A stretch of DNA of 64,000 nt from Streptomyces sp. (lineage in GTDB: Bacteria > Actinomycetota > Actinomycetes > Streptomycetales > Streptomycetaceae): assembly GCA_036569285.1 (NCBI GenBank), contig DATCQX010001103.1, positions 19,528-83,527 of the forward strand, written 5' to 3'. The notes under the pieces were generated by a model. It did no database searches and had not been told where the DNA came from. It saw only the letters and a list, made by a program, of their open reading frames with translations. The translations under genes and the position numbers were made by a program. How positions within the stretch are numbered: position 1 is the first letter of the stretch; every line of letters begins with the position of its first letter. This document shows, one piece after another, positions 1 to 9,821 of this stretch.

Positions 1-557
1 CGGCGCCGGATGGGGACGAGAGCGAGCCGGTGGCCTTCGAGGACGAACTGATCCGATGGGCCAAACTCCCTCCAGGCCTCGACACCGTGGACCTGGCCCC
101 CTACCTCTACCTGGCGGCAGCGTTCTCCGGCGAACAGCTCCTCGACGCCGGGCTGCCGGGCAGGCTGCGCGACATCGCGGCCAACCTGCTGTCCACGGTG
201 CGCTTCGACCAACGCCGGGTGACCGACGCCGACATCACCGCGCTCGGCGAGGACGACGCCCTGAGCCTGGTGGAGTACCTCGGCCGGGCAGGCCGGGACC
301 GCCCCACCGAACAGACCGCAGCCGTGCGCAGCCTCGTCCGCATCGCCACCGCCTACCCGGCCACCACCGACCGGGCCGCCCGCCTCCTGCAGTCCATCCC
401 CGCCAGCGAACTGGAACCGGCCACCATCCTGGCCCTCCCGCCCACCGCCCCCGCCTTCCGCAGCGTGCTGGAGCACTGGAAGAACCACGCCCCGGCCAGC
501 CCGAACCAGATCAGACGCACCCTGGGAATGGCACTGAGCCCGGGAAGCCGTCCCTGA
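1..557 (+). CDS. qatA: QatA KAP-family P-loop NTPase, C-terminal part (5' end outside window)
   Basis: Frame is open from the window edge. It contains W..LPPGL..VDLAPYLYL, typical of QatA C-termini. Its stop overlaps the qatB start (TGATG), and qatB and qatC follow. Confidence 0.75.
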   Translation, partial: APDGDESEPVAFEDELIRWAKLPPGLDTVDLAPYLYLAAAFSGEQLLDAGLPGRLRDIAANLLSTVRFDQRRVTDADITALGEDDALSLVEYLGRAGRDRPTEQTAAVRSLVRIATAYPATTDRAARLLQSIPASELEPATILALPPTAPAFRSVLEHWKNHAPASPNQIRRTLGMALSPGSRP

Positions 558-1333
558 TGGGCACCAAGGGCTCCTACACCGGAAACGGCACACCGGCCAG
601 CAAGCAACTGCAGACCAACGTCACGCAGTGGCTCGACGCCCTGGCCGGATCCGGCCCCGGCGCGCCTGCACAGAACCTCAGCCCGGATCAACTGCTGCCT
701 GCCCTCGACCTGTTCAGCCCCTCCGGCGGGCACGCAGACGGCCCCGGCGGCGGGGCAGGCGGCGCAGGGGCCGGCGGCACGGGCCGCGCCGGGGGAGGAG
801 CACAGCGCACCATCGCCCAGTCCTCCCGCACCGCGGGCCGAGCGGCGGCCGCAGCCTACGCCTACCGCACCGGCAACGCGCAGGCTCTGCAGGAACTGGG
901 CCTCAACTACGCGGACCTGCAGGCCGCAGCCGGCGACCCGATCGACTGGACCCGCCGGATCGTGGACGCAGCTTGCGGACCGCTCGCCGACGGCACCATC
1001 GAGGACCAGGAACGCCGCTTCGTCGCCAGCGAGGTGGCCCAATGGGTCCTGGAAGCCGGCACCGACAGCACACCCCCCAGCCCCGAGGAAGTCGTCCGGG
1101 AAACCCTGGCTCTGATCATCTTCGAGGCGGTCATCGGTGAGACCGCAGCGGGCATGAACGACGGCTCCCGCCCCGCATGGGCCACCGCCGACGGCGAACG
1201 GCAACTGCGCGAGACCGCACGCGCCCTGGCCGACCGGGCCTCCCTCACGATCACCGGCCCCAGCACCGCCGAGATCACCCGAGCCGTCGAAGAGGGCATC
1301 GACGCGATGCGGTCCATCTGGGTGGAGCCCTGA
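557..1333 (+). CDS. qatB: Qat system protein QatB
   Basis: ATG at 557 overlaps the upstream TGA. N-terminus MGTKGSYTG, then a Gly-rich linker and a helical domain (GTIEDQERRF). Sits between qatA and a QueC-like gene. Confidence 0.75.
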   Translation: MGTKGSYTGNGTPASKQLQTNVTQWLDALAGSGPGAPAQNLSPDQLLPALDLFSPSGGHADGPGGGAGGAGAGGTGRAGGGAQRTIAQSSRTAGRAAAAAYAYRTGNAQALQELGLNYADLQAAAGDPIDWTRRIVDAACGPLADGTIEDQERRFVASEVAQWVLEAGTDSTPPSPEEVVRETLALIIFEAVIGETAAGMNDGSRPAWATADGERQLRETARALADRASLTITGPSTAEITRAVEEGIDAMRSIWVEP

Positions 1334-2382
1334 TGCCCGCCTACACCCTGCACCTGGACGCCGCGGACCCCTCACAGCCTGAGCCCGCCGGCCTCACCCC
1401 GTTCTGGTGGCCCCCCGGCCCGGGCGGCTCCTTCGTCTCCACCCTCGGACCACGCCTGGGAGCACTGGGCCCCGTCCCCGAACCCAACATCGAACTGGTC
1501 CGCCTCGCCGCCCTGGTCTATGCCGCCGACCGCACCACACCCCGCCGCGCCGCCCGCTCCAACTGGACCCGGCGCACCTTCGAACTCGACGTACCCGTCT
1601 ACACCCCGGCCCGCTGGGACGCCCTTGGCGAACGACTCGAAGCCCTCCTGGGATTCCTGTCCGGCGACCGGTGGTCGATCCGCTTCCGCCGCGCCGACAC
1701 CCCGCAGGAAACGGTCCGCGACACCCCACATCCCGGGGTGCGGCGCGTGGTCCTGCTCAGTGGCGGCGCCGACTCCGCGATCGGCGCCCTGCTCTCCCGT
1801 CACGACCTCGGCCCAGGCCGACACCTGCTGCTCTCCCACGTCGGTGCCACCACCCTCGCGCCGATCCAGCGGAACATCGCCGCCGACATCGCCCACCTCA
1901 TCGACGGACCCCCGCAGCCCCATCAAGCCCTGCGCTTCTCCCGCAAAAACCGTCAGCCCACCGGGACGAAACTGCCCAACGAGTACTCCACCCGCACCCG
2001 CTCGCTGCTCTTCCTCGCCCTGGGCCTTGCTGCCGCAGCAGTGGAAAAGGTGCCGCTGTGGATCCCCGAGAACGGCTTTGCCTCCCTCAACGTGCCGCTC
2101 ACCGCCGACCAGCGCGGCGCCCTGTCCACCCGCACCACCCACCCCTTCTTCCTGCAGACCCTGGCCGCCATCGCCCACGACGCCGGCGCACACGCCGTCA
2201 TCCATAACCCCTTCGCCACCCACACCAAAGGCGAGATGTTCACCCAGGCCGCCGAACTGGTCGGCACCGCCCCGGCCGCCCGGCTGCTCAGCCGCACCCA
2301 CTCCTGCGCCCACACCGGACACCGCAGCCACCGCATCCCCGTACGGACCCACTGCGGAGTGTGCTTCGGCTGCCTGCTGCGC
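1333..2382 (+). pseudogene. qatC: QatC QueC-like protein, truncated at the 3' end by a transposon end (reads through to a stop at 2463)
   Basis: PP-loop LLSGGADS, RTRSLLF, PENGFASLNVPL, STRTTHP, NPF..TKGEM and Zn motif HCGVCFGCLLR. Codon bias and GC content collapse right after CLLR at 2383. Confidence 0.85.
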
Positions 2383-2580
2383 TGTCGGTTATTCGTACAG
2401 TTGAGACATGTCCATCGCTGTGACCTGCGACATCTCAACTGCACTCACAGAAACCGAGGTTGAGCCATCTGTCTGGCTGACCTGCATTGATGGGATGCCA
2501 GGGCTCCTGGGGGCCTCACTGGCAAGCCTGTGACCTGGGGTGCCGCATCTCTATCGAGAATGTCTCAACTCCACGGATAA
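2383..2580 (+). mobile_element. Tn7/Mu-like transposon end with multiple putative TnsB-binding sites
   Basis: Begins TGTCGG at the qatC break point. TTATTCGTACAGTTGAGACA (2389-2408) has an inverted copy at 2561-2580 (17/20 match). Further partial copies are CATCTCAACTG (~2431) and GGTTGAGCCAT (~2458), plus three TGACCTG motifs. tnsABC/tniQ genes lie downstream. Confidence 0.75.
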
Positions 2581-3219
2581 TTTCTTGGGATTGGGGGTCC
2601 TGGAGGGTGTGGAGAAGTTGATCTTGATTTGGGGGTGGAGGCCGCTCCAAGAGGGGCGGGCGGAGGCAAGGAGCAAGCCGGCGTTCATCGAAGTGCACCT
2701 GCAGCAGGGGTGCCCGTGTCCCTCCGCAGCTGGCAATGGTGGCGTCCCAGAAGTGGTGGCTGCTGGCCATGCACGACCGTCCTGCTGGCGCTGTCGGTTT
2801 TTAGGGTGGCTGCGGCAGCTGCGACCGACCAGGCCTGTGTGGCTTCCGGCGCAGGCGGTTCGTCTCCGAACCGCCCTGGCAGACACGTCAGCCGCTCCAG
2901 ATGCAAGCTCGCCCAGCGGCACTCTGTCGAGGGTCGGCAGTCGGCCGCTTCAAGGCCCTTGAAGCGGCGCCCGGTTCGGTGCATCGGGACGTGCGCGCAA
3001 TTACCCCCTTCCTGGCTGGTTGGCCACCGGGCAGTGGGCAGGATCAGATGCGCATCCGGGGTTGCATGGGCAACTTCAGATCGGTGGGACAACCATGAGA
3101 CATGGGGGAGTGCCCTGGTTGGCGCGGAGGAACGCGGCTGACAGCATCACGTGTATGCACCCAGAGGTAGCCAACGGCTATGGGTGCAGAGCCCGTTGGA
3201 TGTTCCGAAGGGAGCGCTC

Positions 3220-3465
3220 ATGCCGCCTGCGAGCCGACGCAGTGCCGCTCTGCTGTCACTCGTGCCGTCGTGGCCCTGGTGGCCTGCAGTCACGGTCATC
3301 GTCATCTTGATCATCGTGTTTCCTGGTCTGGCGCCCCAGGCCGCAGCCACGTCCGCCGTGCTGGCCGAGGTGGCCCGGCGGCTGCGTCCGCAACTGTGTC
3401 TGCCTGCCGGCCCCGGCCGGTCGCGCCGGCCGGTCCGAAGGGGACACTGCTGTGGCGCGGCCTGA
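3220..3465 (+). CDS. Small putative membrane protein
   Basis: AAGGGAG RBS before ATG 3220. Hydrophobic stretch WPWWPAVTVIVILIIVFPG. Overlaps the start of the HTH gene. Confidence 0.4.
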   Translation: MPPASRRSAALLSLVPSWPWWPAVTVIVILIIVFPGLAPQAAATSAVLAEVARRLRPQLCLPAGPGRSRRPVRRGHCCGAA

Positions 3466-4378
3466 GGCTCCGGTCACACCTTGCCGGGCCTCCCTGCACG
3501 CCCTGGCCTCCTGGCTCCGCCTGCAGCGTGCACAGACGGGGCTCAGCCTGGACCAGCTATCGCAGCACACCACCGTCAGCAAAGCCACCCTCAGCCGAGC
3601 CGCATCCGGACACGGCATCCCCACCCTGTCCACCGTGCGGGCCTTTGCTCAGGCCTGCGGCGCCAGCCAGGACGAAGCTGAACGACTGTGGAAACAGGCC
3701 CGCTACGAAGAACGCAGCCCGCAAGGTGAAGCCACCCAGCTCATCCACCTGGACTACGTCAACACCTACGCCGACCTCCACACACACCTCCTGGAGGTGT
3801 ACCGCCGCGACGGAAGCCGCCCCTACCGCGATCTCGAGCAGCAGGCGGGCGGAAACGCCCAGCTGGCGCGCACCACCATCTGCCGAGTCCTGACCCGCAT
3901 GACCAGACCACGCCGGGACTTCGTCCTCGCCTTCGCCCGTGCCTGCGGAGTCACCGGCAACGTCACACTGCAGGCCTGGGCACATGCCTGGGACCGTGCT
4001 GAAGCCACACGTCGGCACACCACCACGCGATCCGCACGGCAGGACGGACGCACCCCAGAGCCCACCCAGCAGGAGGCGCGCGAATCCGGCAGGAGTCTGA
4101 AGGCCCCCCAACTGCTGCTGACACCCGCTCTTGCCAAGCTGATGCCGTCCTCCGTCGCGCCTGCTGACCGCGGGGCCCAGCGTGGCGTGCCATGCGAAGG
4201 CTGCGGCGCCAGCATCACCACCTTCTCAGACGTCGCCGTCCAGATGGGTTCGCTGCTGTGGTGCGTGGCTTGCGGACACATCGCCAGGCCGCACGGCCGA
4301 CAACCCCAACTGGTCCTGGAACTGGGGGAGAAGCACACACCTCGACCCCACCACACCGCTCAGGTTGTGCTGCCCTGA
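3452..4378 (+). CDS. Tandem XRE-type helix-turn-helix protein with a C-terminal CxxC..CxxC
   Basis: Two HTH-like units (GLSLDQLSQHTTVSKATLSRAASG and RPYRDLEQQAG..LARTTICRVL). CEGC and CVAC near the C-terminus. Confidence 0.7.
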   Translation: MARPEAPVTPCRASLHALASWLRLQRAQTGLSLDQLSQHTTVSKATLSRAASGHGIPTLSTVRAFAQACGASQDEAERLWKQARYEERSPQGEATQLIHLDYVNTYADLHTHLLEVYRRDGSRPYRDLEQQAGGNAQLARTTICRVLTRMTRPRRDFVLAFARACGVTGNVTLQAWAHAWDRAEATRRHTTTRSARQDGRTPEPTQQEARESGRSLKAPQLLLTPALAKLMPSSVAPADRGAQRGVPCEGCGASITTFSDVAVQMGSLLWCVACGHIARPHGRQPQLVLELGEKHTPRPHHTAQVVLP

Positions 4379-4699
4379 ACTGCCCGAGCCGCTCCAACCG
4401 CCCCCAACCGGTCGCAGCCCACCAGCGCCAGCCGCCGAGGCTGACAGGCGCCGTGTGCTGTCAGGGGCTCAAAGGGGCCGGGATCCGGGAAAGTCTCACG
4501 ACTGGGCCCAGCGTCCCTCGACCACCGGAGCACTGCCGCCTCGGCAGACGATCGCCCGGTGTCAGACAGCAGGCCCCCAGCGGCGTGCCAGCGAGACTCA
4601 GCCACCCACGGGCCGGCGTTGCGTCCCGACAGCACCGTGTTCCAGTAACCGCGCGACCCGGCCGACTCTAGTCAGGCAACAGCGTGAGCGTCGGCTGCG

Positions 4700-4870
4700 T
4701 CACCGTTGGCGGTGCTGCCGCCGACGGCGCCGCCACCGCCGCAGACTGCGGGCCGGCCCACGCCACGCTTCGATGAACTCCTCGATGTCGCGTGCCAGCT
4801 TCGCGCCATGCGTGAGAGCGATGTTGAGAAAACCGAACAGTGCCAGCACACCGATCGTGACCTCGTCCAT
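4700..4870 (-). CDS. Small single-TM peptide with a basic C-terminal tail
   Basis: GAAAGGA RBS before MDEVTIGVLALFGFLNIAL. Ends in an Arg-rich tail. Confidence 0.35.
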   Translation of the reverse strand: MDEVTIGVLALFGFLNIALTHGAKLARDIEEFIEAWRGPARSLRRWRRRRRQHRQR

Positions 4871-5420
4871 CCGTCCTGTCCTTTCAACAAGGCCGAACAG
4901 AACGGGCGCGCTCAGTCCGGCCACCTACAGGTGACGAACCGAGATCGCGCCGGTGCAGCGACTCAGGGTGGTGTCTCCGGCTGCAGGCCGGGGTCAAGCA
5001 CGGGGTGTTCCTCTGCTTCGGGTCGCGCAGGCCTGACGGTTGCTCTCCGCAGGAGCGATGAGGCAAATGTGGGGCCGTCACCGGACGGTCCGCCATGGGC
5101 CCTCACCGCTGACGCCCCGAGGGGCGTCCACTGCCACCGGGCTGCCGCCCAGCCGTCCAGACACTAGCGCAACTGGGCCTGTCCACAGCAGAATTGGCAA
5201 TCAGCAGAGAAGCATCTCGGCCAGATGTAGGGGCTCGGCAGTGCTGGGTGTTGTACTGACGGCCGTGCAGGTCGAGGTTGCCGGTGGTGGTCTCGTAGAG
5301 GGTGCCTGTGTAGGCCGCCTTGACGCGCTTCCGGCTGCTCCTGCCGGTCTGTGCATGGGGTGGGGATCCGTGAAACCCTTACGGATCCCCGCGCGACGAA
5401 CGGCTGATGTGCAGTGCTAG

Positions 5421-6820
5421 TACTGCAACGGTGGTTGTGCTGATTGCTGGGCAGTTTTCAGGGGCTGTGCCCGCGTCGTTTGTAGTGGCTGATGCGGGCT
5501 TGGTGTTGGCGTCGTCGGCGCCATGTCGACCAGTGCAGGATGTGGTCGACCGGGGTGGGACGGCGGTCGGTGAGGCGGGTGATCAGGCGTCGGATCTCGG
5601 CGAGGCTGAGGTGGATGAGCTGGGAGGATCCGTTTCTGCTTTGTCGGTGTCGAGTTCGCGGGCTCGCAGGACGGTGAGGCAGGCGTGGGCGGCCATGGCC
5701 AGGGTCATGTGGCGGTGCCAGCCGGGATAGCGGCGGACCTGGTAGTCGTCCAGGCCGCATTCCTGTTTCGCGCTCTGGAAGCACTCCTCGACCGCCCACC
5801 GGGTTCCGGCGATACGGATGAGCTCGTCGAGTGTGGTGTCGGCGGGACAGTAGGCGATGTAGTAGGAGATCTCCTCGGGCTTGCTCACGCTGCGGCGGGC
5901 GAGGACCCAGTGCCGGCGGTCCTCGCGGTGCCAGGGCCGTACCTCGACACGGGCCCAGTCATAGACCCGCCGGCCGTGGGCTCCTTCGCCGCAGGAGCGG
6001 CGTTTCCACTTCTGCCGCGGCAGGCCGGGGAACAGGTCGTGGACGGGGTGGTCGATGGACCAGCGGGTGACGACGGTGTCGTGCCGGGTGGTGGCCATGA
6101 CGTGGAAGACGTCGGCCTGCTCCAGCTCGAACCGCCAGCCTTTGCTGAAGCCGTAGGCGGCATCTGCGGTCACCCAGCCGAACGGGATCCGGTCGGCGAT
6201 GGCCCGGCGGACCATCGCCTTGGCCATGGCCACCTTCGTCTCGAAGCCCACGGTGTCGTCGATGCCTGCCCTCCGGCACCGCTGGCGGTCGTCCGTCCAG
6301 GAGGTGGGCAGATACAGCCGTCTGTCGATCAGCGTGCGTCCGCGATCTGTGGCGTAGGCAAGGAACACACCGATCTGGCAGTTCTCGGTGCGTCCGGCGG
6401 TGCCGGAGTACTGCCTTTGCACCCCGGCCGAGCGGACGCCCTTCTTCAGGAAGCCGGTGTCATCCACGATCAACACGGCACCCCGGTCTCCGAGATGCTC
6501 CACGACATAGGTGCGGACGTCGTCCAGGACCTCGTCGGCGTCCCACTCGATCCGGTTCAGCATCCGCTGGATACGGTCAGGACCGTCATGACCGGCCTGT
6601 TCAGCCAGCGTCCAGCCGTTCTTGCGCTCGAGCGGAGCAATCAGCCCCCGCATGTACGCAGGAGCCGACTCTCGCGGCTCCGACCTGTTGAAACGGTGCA
6701 CGAATCGCTCGTGCAGAGCAGTCAGTTCGCCCGCCCACAACCTGATATCAGCAAAGTCCCCACCCACAACCACACCAACGACCGACCTGGCCAGCAGTCA
6801 CGACAACCACCGTTGCAGTA
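5421..6820 (-). mobile_element. IS701-family insertion sequence
   Basis: Perfect 18-bp terminal inverted repeats TACTGCAACGGTGGTTGT (5421-5438 and 6803-6820), flanked by CTAG on both sides (5417-5420, 6821-6824). Confidence 0.95.
5583..6773 (-). CDS. IS701-family DDE transposase; typical C-terminal tail lies in another frame down to 5458
   Basis: LIVDDTGFLKKG..SAGVQRQYSGTAGRTENCQ, VTADAAYG and RWAVEECFQSAKQECGLDDYQVR motifs. The tail LSLAEIRRL..HWSTWRRRRQHQAR is in ORF 5458..5799. Confidence 0.92.
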   Translation of the reverse strand: MVVGGDFADIRLWAGELTALHERFVHRFNRSEPRESAPAYMRGLIAPLERKNGWTLAEQAGHDGPDRIQRMLNRIEWDADEVLDDVRTYVVEHLGDRGAVLIVDDTGFLKKGVRSAGVQRQYSGTAGRTENCQIGVFLAYATDRGRTLIDRRLYLPTSWTDDRQRCRRAGIDDTVGFETKVAMAKAMVRRAIADRIPFGWVTADAAYGFSKGWRFELEQADVFHVMATTRHDTVVTRWSIDHPVHDLFPGLPRQKWKRRSCGEGAHGRRVYDWARVEVRPWHREDRRHWVLARRSVSKPEEISYYIAYCPADTTLDELIRIAGTRWAVEECFQSAKQECGLDDYQVRRYPGWHRHMTLAMAAHACLTVLRARELDTDKAETDPPSSSTSASPRSDA

Positions 6821-6825
6821 CTAGC

Positions 6826-7909
6826 TGTATTGATCACGAGCGTTGTTAACAGGCCTGGGTCTTGATCATGGCGAAGACCTCCGGTGTGGTGGAGCTGTCT
6901 AGGACTGCACCGCACGGAGGTCTTCGTGTCCCACCGTAATGCCCGTTTGACCGTTCACGGCAGACGGATCCTGGTCGAACGCGTCCTGTCCGGCCGTCCC
7001 GTCGCGCATGTGGCGGCCGAGATGGGCATATCGCGGCCCACCGCGCACAAGTGGATCCGCCGCTGGCGGGCCGAGGGCGAGGCCGGCCTGCACGACCGTT
7101 CCAGCAAGCCCCGAACCACACCCCACCGCACCCCGCCCGCGGTCGAGGCCCAAGTCTGCCGACTGCGGACCGACCGCAAGCTCGGCCCGGCCCGGCCCGC
7201 ATCGGACCGGTCCTGGGCCTGCCCGCCTCGACCGTGCACCGCATCCTGACCCGCCACGGCCTCAACCGTCTCGCCTGGCTGGACCGGCCCACCGGGGCAA
7301 TCGTCCGCCGCTACGAACGCGCCCGGCCGGGCGAACTCGTCCACGTCGATATCAAAAAGCTCGGCAATATCCCCGACGGCGGCGGCCACAAGATCATGGA
7401 CCGCCGCCAGGCGATGGACAACAGACTCGCCACCACCGACCGACGCCGCAGCTGCAAGCCGGTGATCGGCTACTCGTTCGTCCACTCCGCCGTCGACGAC
7501 TACTCCCGCCTGGCCTACAGCGAGGTCCTCACCGACGAGCGCAAGGAGACCGCCGCTGGCTTCTGGCAACGGGCGAACGCCTTCTTCGCCGCCCACGGCA
7601 TCACCGTCGAACGGGTCCTGACCGACAACGGCTCCTGCTACAAGTCCAAACTGTTCACCCAGACGCTGGCCACGTCCGGCATCACGCACAAGAAGATCCG
7701 GCCCTACCGGCCGCAGACCAACGGCAAGGTTGAACGCTTCAACCGCACCCTGCTCGACGAATGGGCCTACCTACGGCCCTACACCAGCAACACCGAACGC
7801 ACCGCAGCCCTGGCAGACTTCCTACACACCTACAACCACCACCGCTGCCACACCGCACTCGAAGGCTAGCCACCCATCACCCGCGTCAACAACCCTGCGG
7901 GCCAATACA
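6826..7909 (+). mobile_element. IS481-family insertion sequence
   Basis: TGTATTG...CAATACA ends with ~26-bp imperfect inverted repeats, flanked by CTAGC (6821-6825 and 7911-7915), consistent with an NCTAGN target. Confidence 0.9.
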
Positions 7910-7914
7910 CCTAG
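6926..7914 (+). pseudogene. IS481 transposase pseudogene (frameshift plus premature stop)
   Basis: GGAGG then GTG 6926 (VSHRNARLT). An extra 5-bp unit in GGCCCGGCCCGGCCCG (~7184-7199) shifts the frame before the core (HVDIKK, VLTDNG, TNGKVERFNRT). TAG at 7867 precedes the usual PPITRVNN..GQYT end. Confidence 0.88.
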
Positions 7915-9047
7915 CCCGCGGTGAGATCGCCGGAGAGGCTGATCTCGATGGGGCGCTTGAGCTTGGTGCCGTATTTCCAGTCCAGGACGCCGTCGTGCTG
8001 GAGGCGTCCGACGACGATGCCCGGGGCGATGCCGGCCCGGCGGGCGAAGGCTGTGATGTTGGTGAAGGGCATGGGGCGCTGGGCGAGTTGCTTGTAGGCG
8101 GCCGCGTGCTCGGGGGGGATGAGGGTTTCCCTGGCGAATGCGTCGGCTTCGTCCTCGCTGCGGTCTCCTTCGGGGGTCGTGTCGTCGTCGCGGTTTGTGT
8201 TGTCGATGAAGGTGAGGCGTTTGCCGTGCAGGAGGACATGGCCGAGCTCGTGGAAGACGGTGAACCAGAAGTGGTCGTCCTTCTTGAACCGGCCGCTGAG
8301 GGCGACTCCGACCTTTTCCGGGGTGAGCCATCGGGTGACGCCGGAGACGCGGCTGTTGGGGGGTGCGGCAACGAACACCACCGCGACGCCGGCCTGGGCG
8401 CACAGGCGCGGGATTTCGGTGCGCCAGACGGCGGGTTCCTCGACGGTCAGGGCGCGTAGCTGGGGGAGTAGCTCAAGCAGGGCTGCACGGTCGTAGGGTG
8501 CGCAGGGGATTTGGCGTGCTCTGAGTTCGGCCTGGCGCAGCCAGACGGCGGTGGCGTAGTCGTCGGGCGTGAGGACGGTGGAGCGCCGGAAGGCGGTCCG
8601 GTAGCTGCCCCACACGTTCTCCGCGACCTCGGGGTCGGCGACACCGAAGAACGCCAGCAGACGCTCGAGATTGTCCACCGTCCGTTCTTTGGTCGGCAGG
8701 ATGCCCCGCTTGACCAGCTCCTGCAGGGAGAAGCGGTCGAGCCAGTCGAGGCGGTGGCTGAGAGCTTCACGGCTCTGGGTGCGGCTGACGTGGGTGCGCC
8801 AGGCGGCCTCCATCTGGTTCCACAGCGAAGCCGGGATTCCGACGGCCCGCTCCAGCAGAAGGGCAGTCTCGGGGGTGAGGACGGCGCTGCCCTGGACGAT
8901 CTGGTTGATGTGCTTGGTCGACAGTCCGGTGCGGCGGGCGAGGTCCGCCTGGGGGATGCCGAGGGCGTCGAGCTGTTCTTTCAGGGTGTCGCCCGGAGGC
9001 AGGACTTCATCCGGTGCGAACGGGTGCGGGGCGGAGGGCGGAGTCAC
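7911..9047 (-). CDS. higA: HigA-type HTH antitoxin fused to an ImmA/IrrE (M78) metallopeptidase domain
   Basis: PPGDTLKEQL..QADLARRTGLSTKHINQIVQG HTH, then FWFTVFHELGH (HExxH) and EDEADAFA. Confidence 0.88.
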   Translation of the reverse strand: MTPPSAPHPFAPDEVLPPGDTLKEQLDALGIPQADLARRTGLSTKHINQIVQGSAVLTPETALLLERAVGIPASLWNQMEAAWRTHVSRTQSREALSHRLDWLDRFSLQELVKRGILPTKERTVDNLERLLAFFGVADPEVAENVWGSYRTAFRRSTVLTPDDYATAVWLRQAELRARQIPCAPYDRAALLELLPQLRALTVEEPAVWRTEIPRLCAQAGVAVVFVAAPPNSRVSGVTRWLTPEKVGVALSGRFKKDDHFWFTVFHELGHVLLHGKRLTFIDNTNRDDDTTPEGDRSEDEADAFARETLIPPEHAAAYKQLAQRPMPFTNITAFARRAGIAPGIVVGRLQHDGVLDWKYGTKLKRPIEISLSGDLTAG

Positions 9048-9096
9048 GTGAGTGCCTCTCGGTCGGCGAGGCTGCGGGGCGGGCCTGGTGGCGGGG

Positions 9097-9429
9097 TCAG
9101 GGGCGGTGGATCGCTGCGACGATCACAGCGCGTACGGCGTGCTCGTTCAGGGTGCCGTCGTCGAGGGTGTCGGGCGGGTCGTCGCGTGGGCGGACCACGA
9201 GATCGCCGTGATCACCGAGCGACACCAGCAGAGTGAAGCAGTCCCCGTTGGCTGCGGGCCGCAGCCGCGCGGCCGCAATGTGCCGCAGGTCAGCCAGGTG
9301 GTGGGCGGCTGACATCTGGCCAAGACGCCGGAGCAGGGTGGTCGCTCCGTCGGGGCCTAAACGGTCCCTGCGGGCAGGGCCGCTGTTGCAGACACGGGCG
9401 AGCTCGGCGTTCTCGAAGACGATCTCCAC
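9097..9429 (-). CDS. higB: HigB/RelE-like toxin (killer-suppression type), divergent
   Basis: MEIVFENAELARVC...RRLGQMSAA..LADL pattern. Toxin-first arrangement upstream of higA. Confidence 0.65.
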   Translation of the reverse strand: MEIVFENAELARVCNSGPARRDRLGPDGATTLLRRLGQMSAAHHLADLRHIAAARLRPAANGDCFTLLVSLGDHGDLVVRPRDDPPDTLDDGTLNEHAVRAVIVAAIHRP

Positions 9430-9498
9430 CAGCGACCTCAGAATCCTTTCCGTGTACCTACTGCTTCCATGCTATCCTCCCGATCAAGGTCTACAAGA

Positions 9499-9525
9499 TT
9501 TCATGCACCTGCTGGGTAAATGAAA
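9499..9525. promoter_or_regulatory. Palindromic operator in the divergent higBA / CBASS promoter
   Basis: TTTCAT-GC-ACC-TGCTG-GGT-AA-ATGAAA imperfect inverted repeat in an AT-rich intergenic gap. Confidence 0.5.
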
Positions 9526-9587
9526 CTGTGGAGTAGGGTGTGGCCTGTGTTACCGCGGGTCACCGCTGGAGATCTGGAGGACAGCCC

Positions 9588-9728
9588 ATGGCAGGCAAGA
9601 GCAGCGCATCCAACGGCAAGCGGGGCCGCAGCGCCATCACGGGCCGGTTCGTGAAGCAGGCCACCGTGAAGCGGCACCCGAAGACGACGACCAATGAGAG
9701 CGCCGGCAAGGGCGGCAGGAAGAAGTAG
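9588..9728 (+). CDS. 46-aa basic peptide (RSAITGRFV..A..HP.TT..E type)
   Basis: GGAGG at 9576-9580, ATG 9588, GC3-rich codons. First gene of the CBASS transcription unit. Confidence 0.7.
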   Translation: MAGKSSASNGKRGRSAITGRFVKQATVKRHPKTTTNESAGKGGRKK

Positions 9729-9821
9729 GCGGTCATGCCCCTCGCGGCCGACCTCGCATTGTCAGTGGTGTGAGGCAAGCTCGGCAGGCCGATGCAGTCA
9801 CAACCAGGATCGGAGGGCCCG

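Noticed and set aside
2383-2586. Possible self-contained MITE bounded by the 20-bp inverted repeat
   Set aside because: The right copy is not capped by ACA and no target duplication follows. It is better explained as an internal inverted TnsB site.
2600-3150. Several short overlapping ORFs after the transposon end
   Set aside because: No convincing RBS, codon bias or motif. Probably non-coding or decayed.
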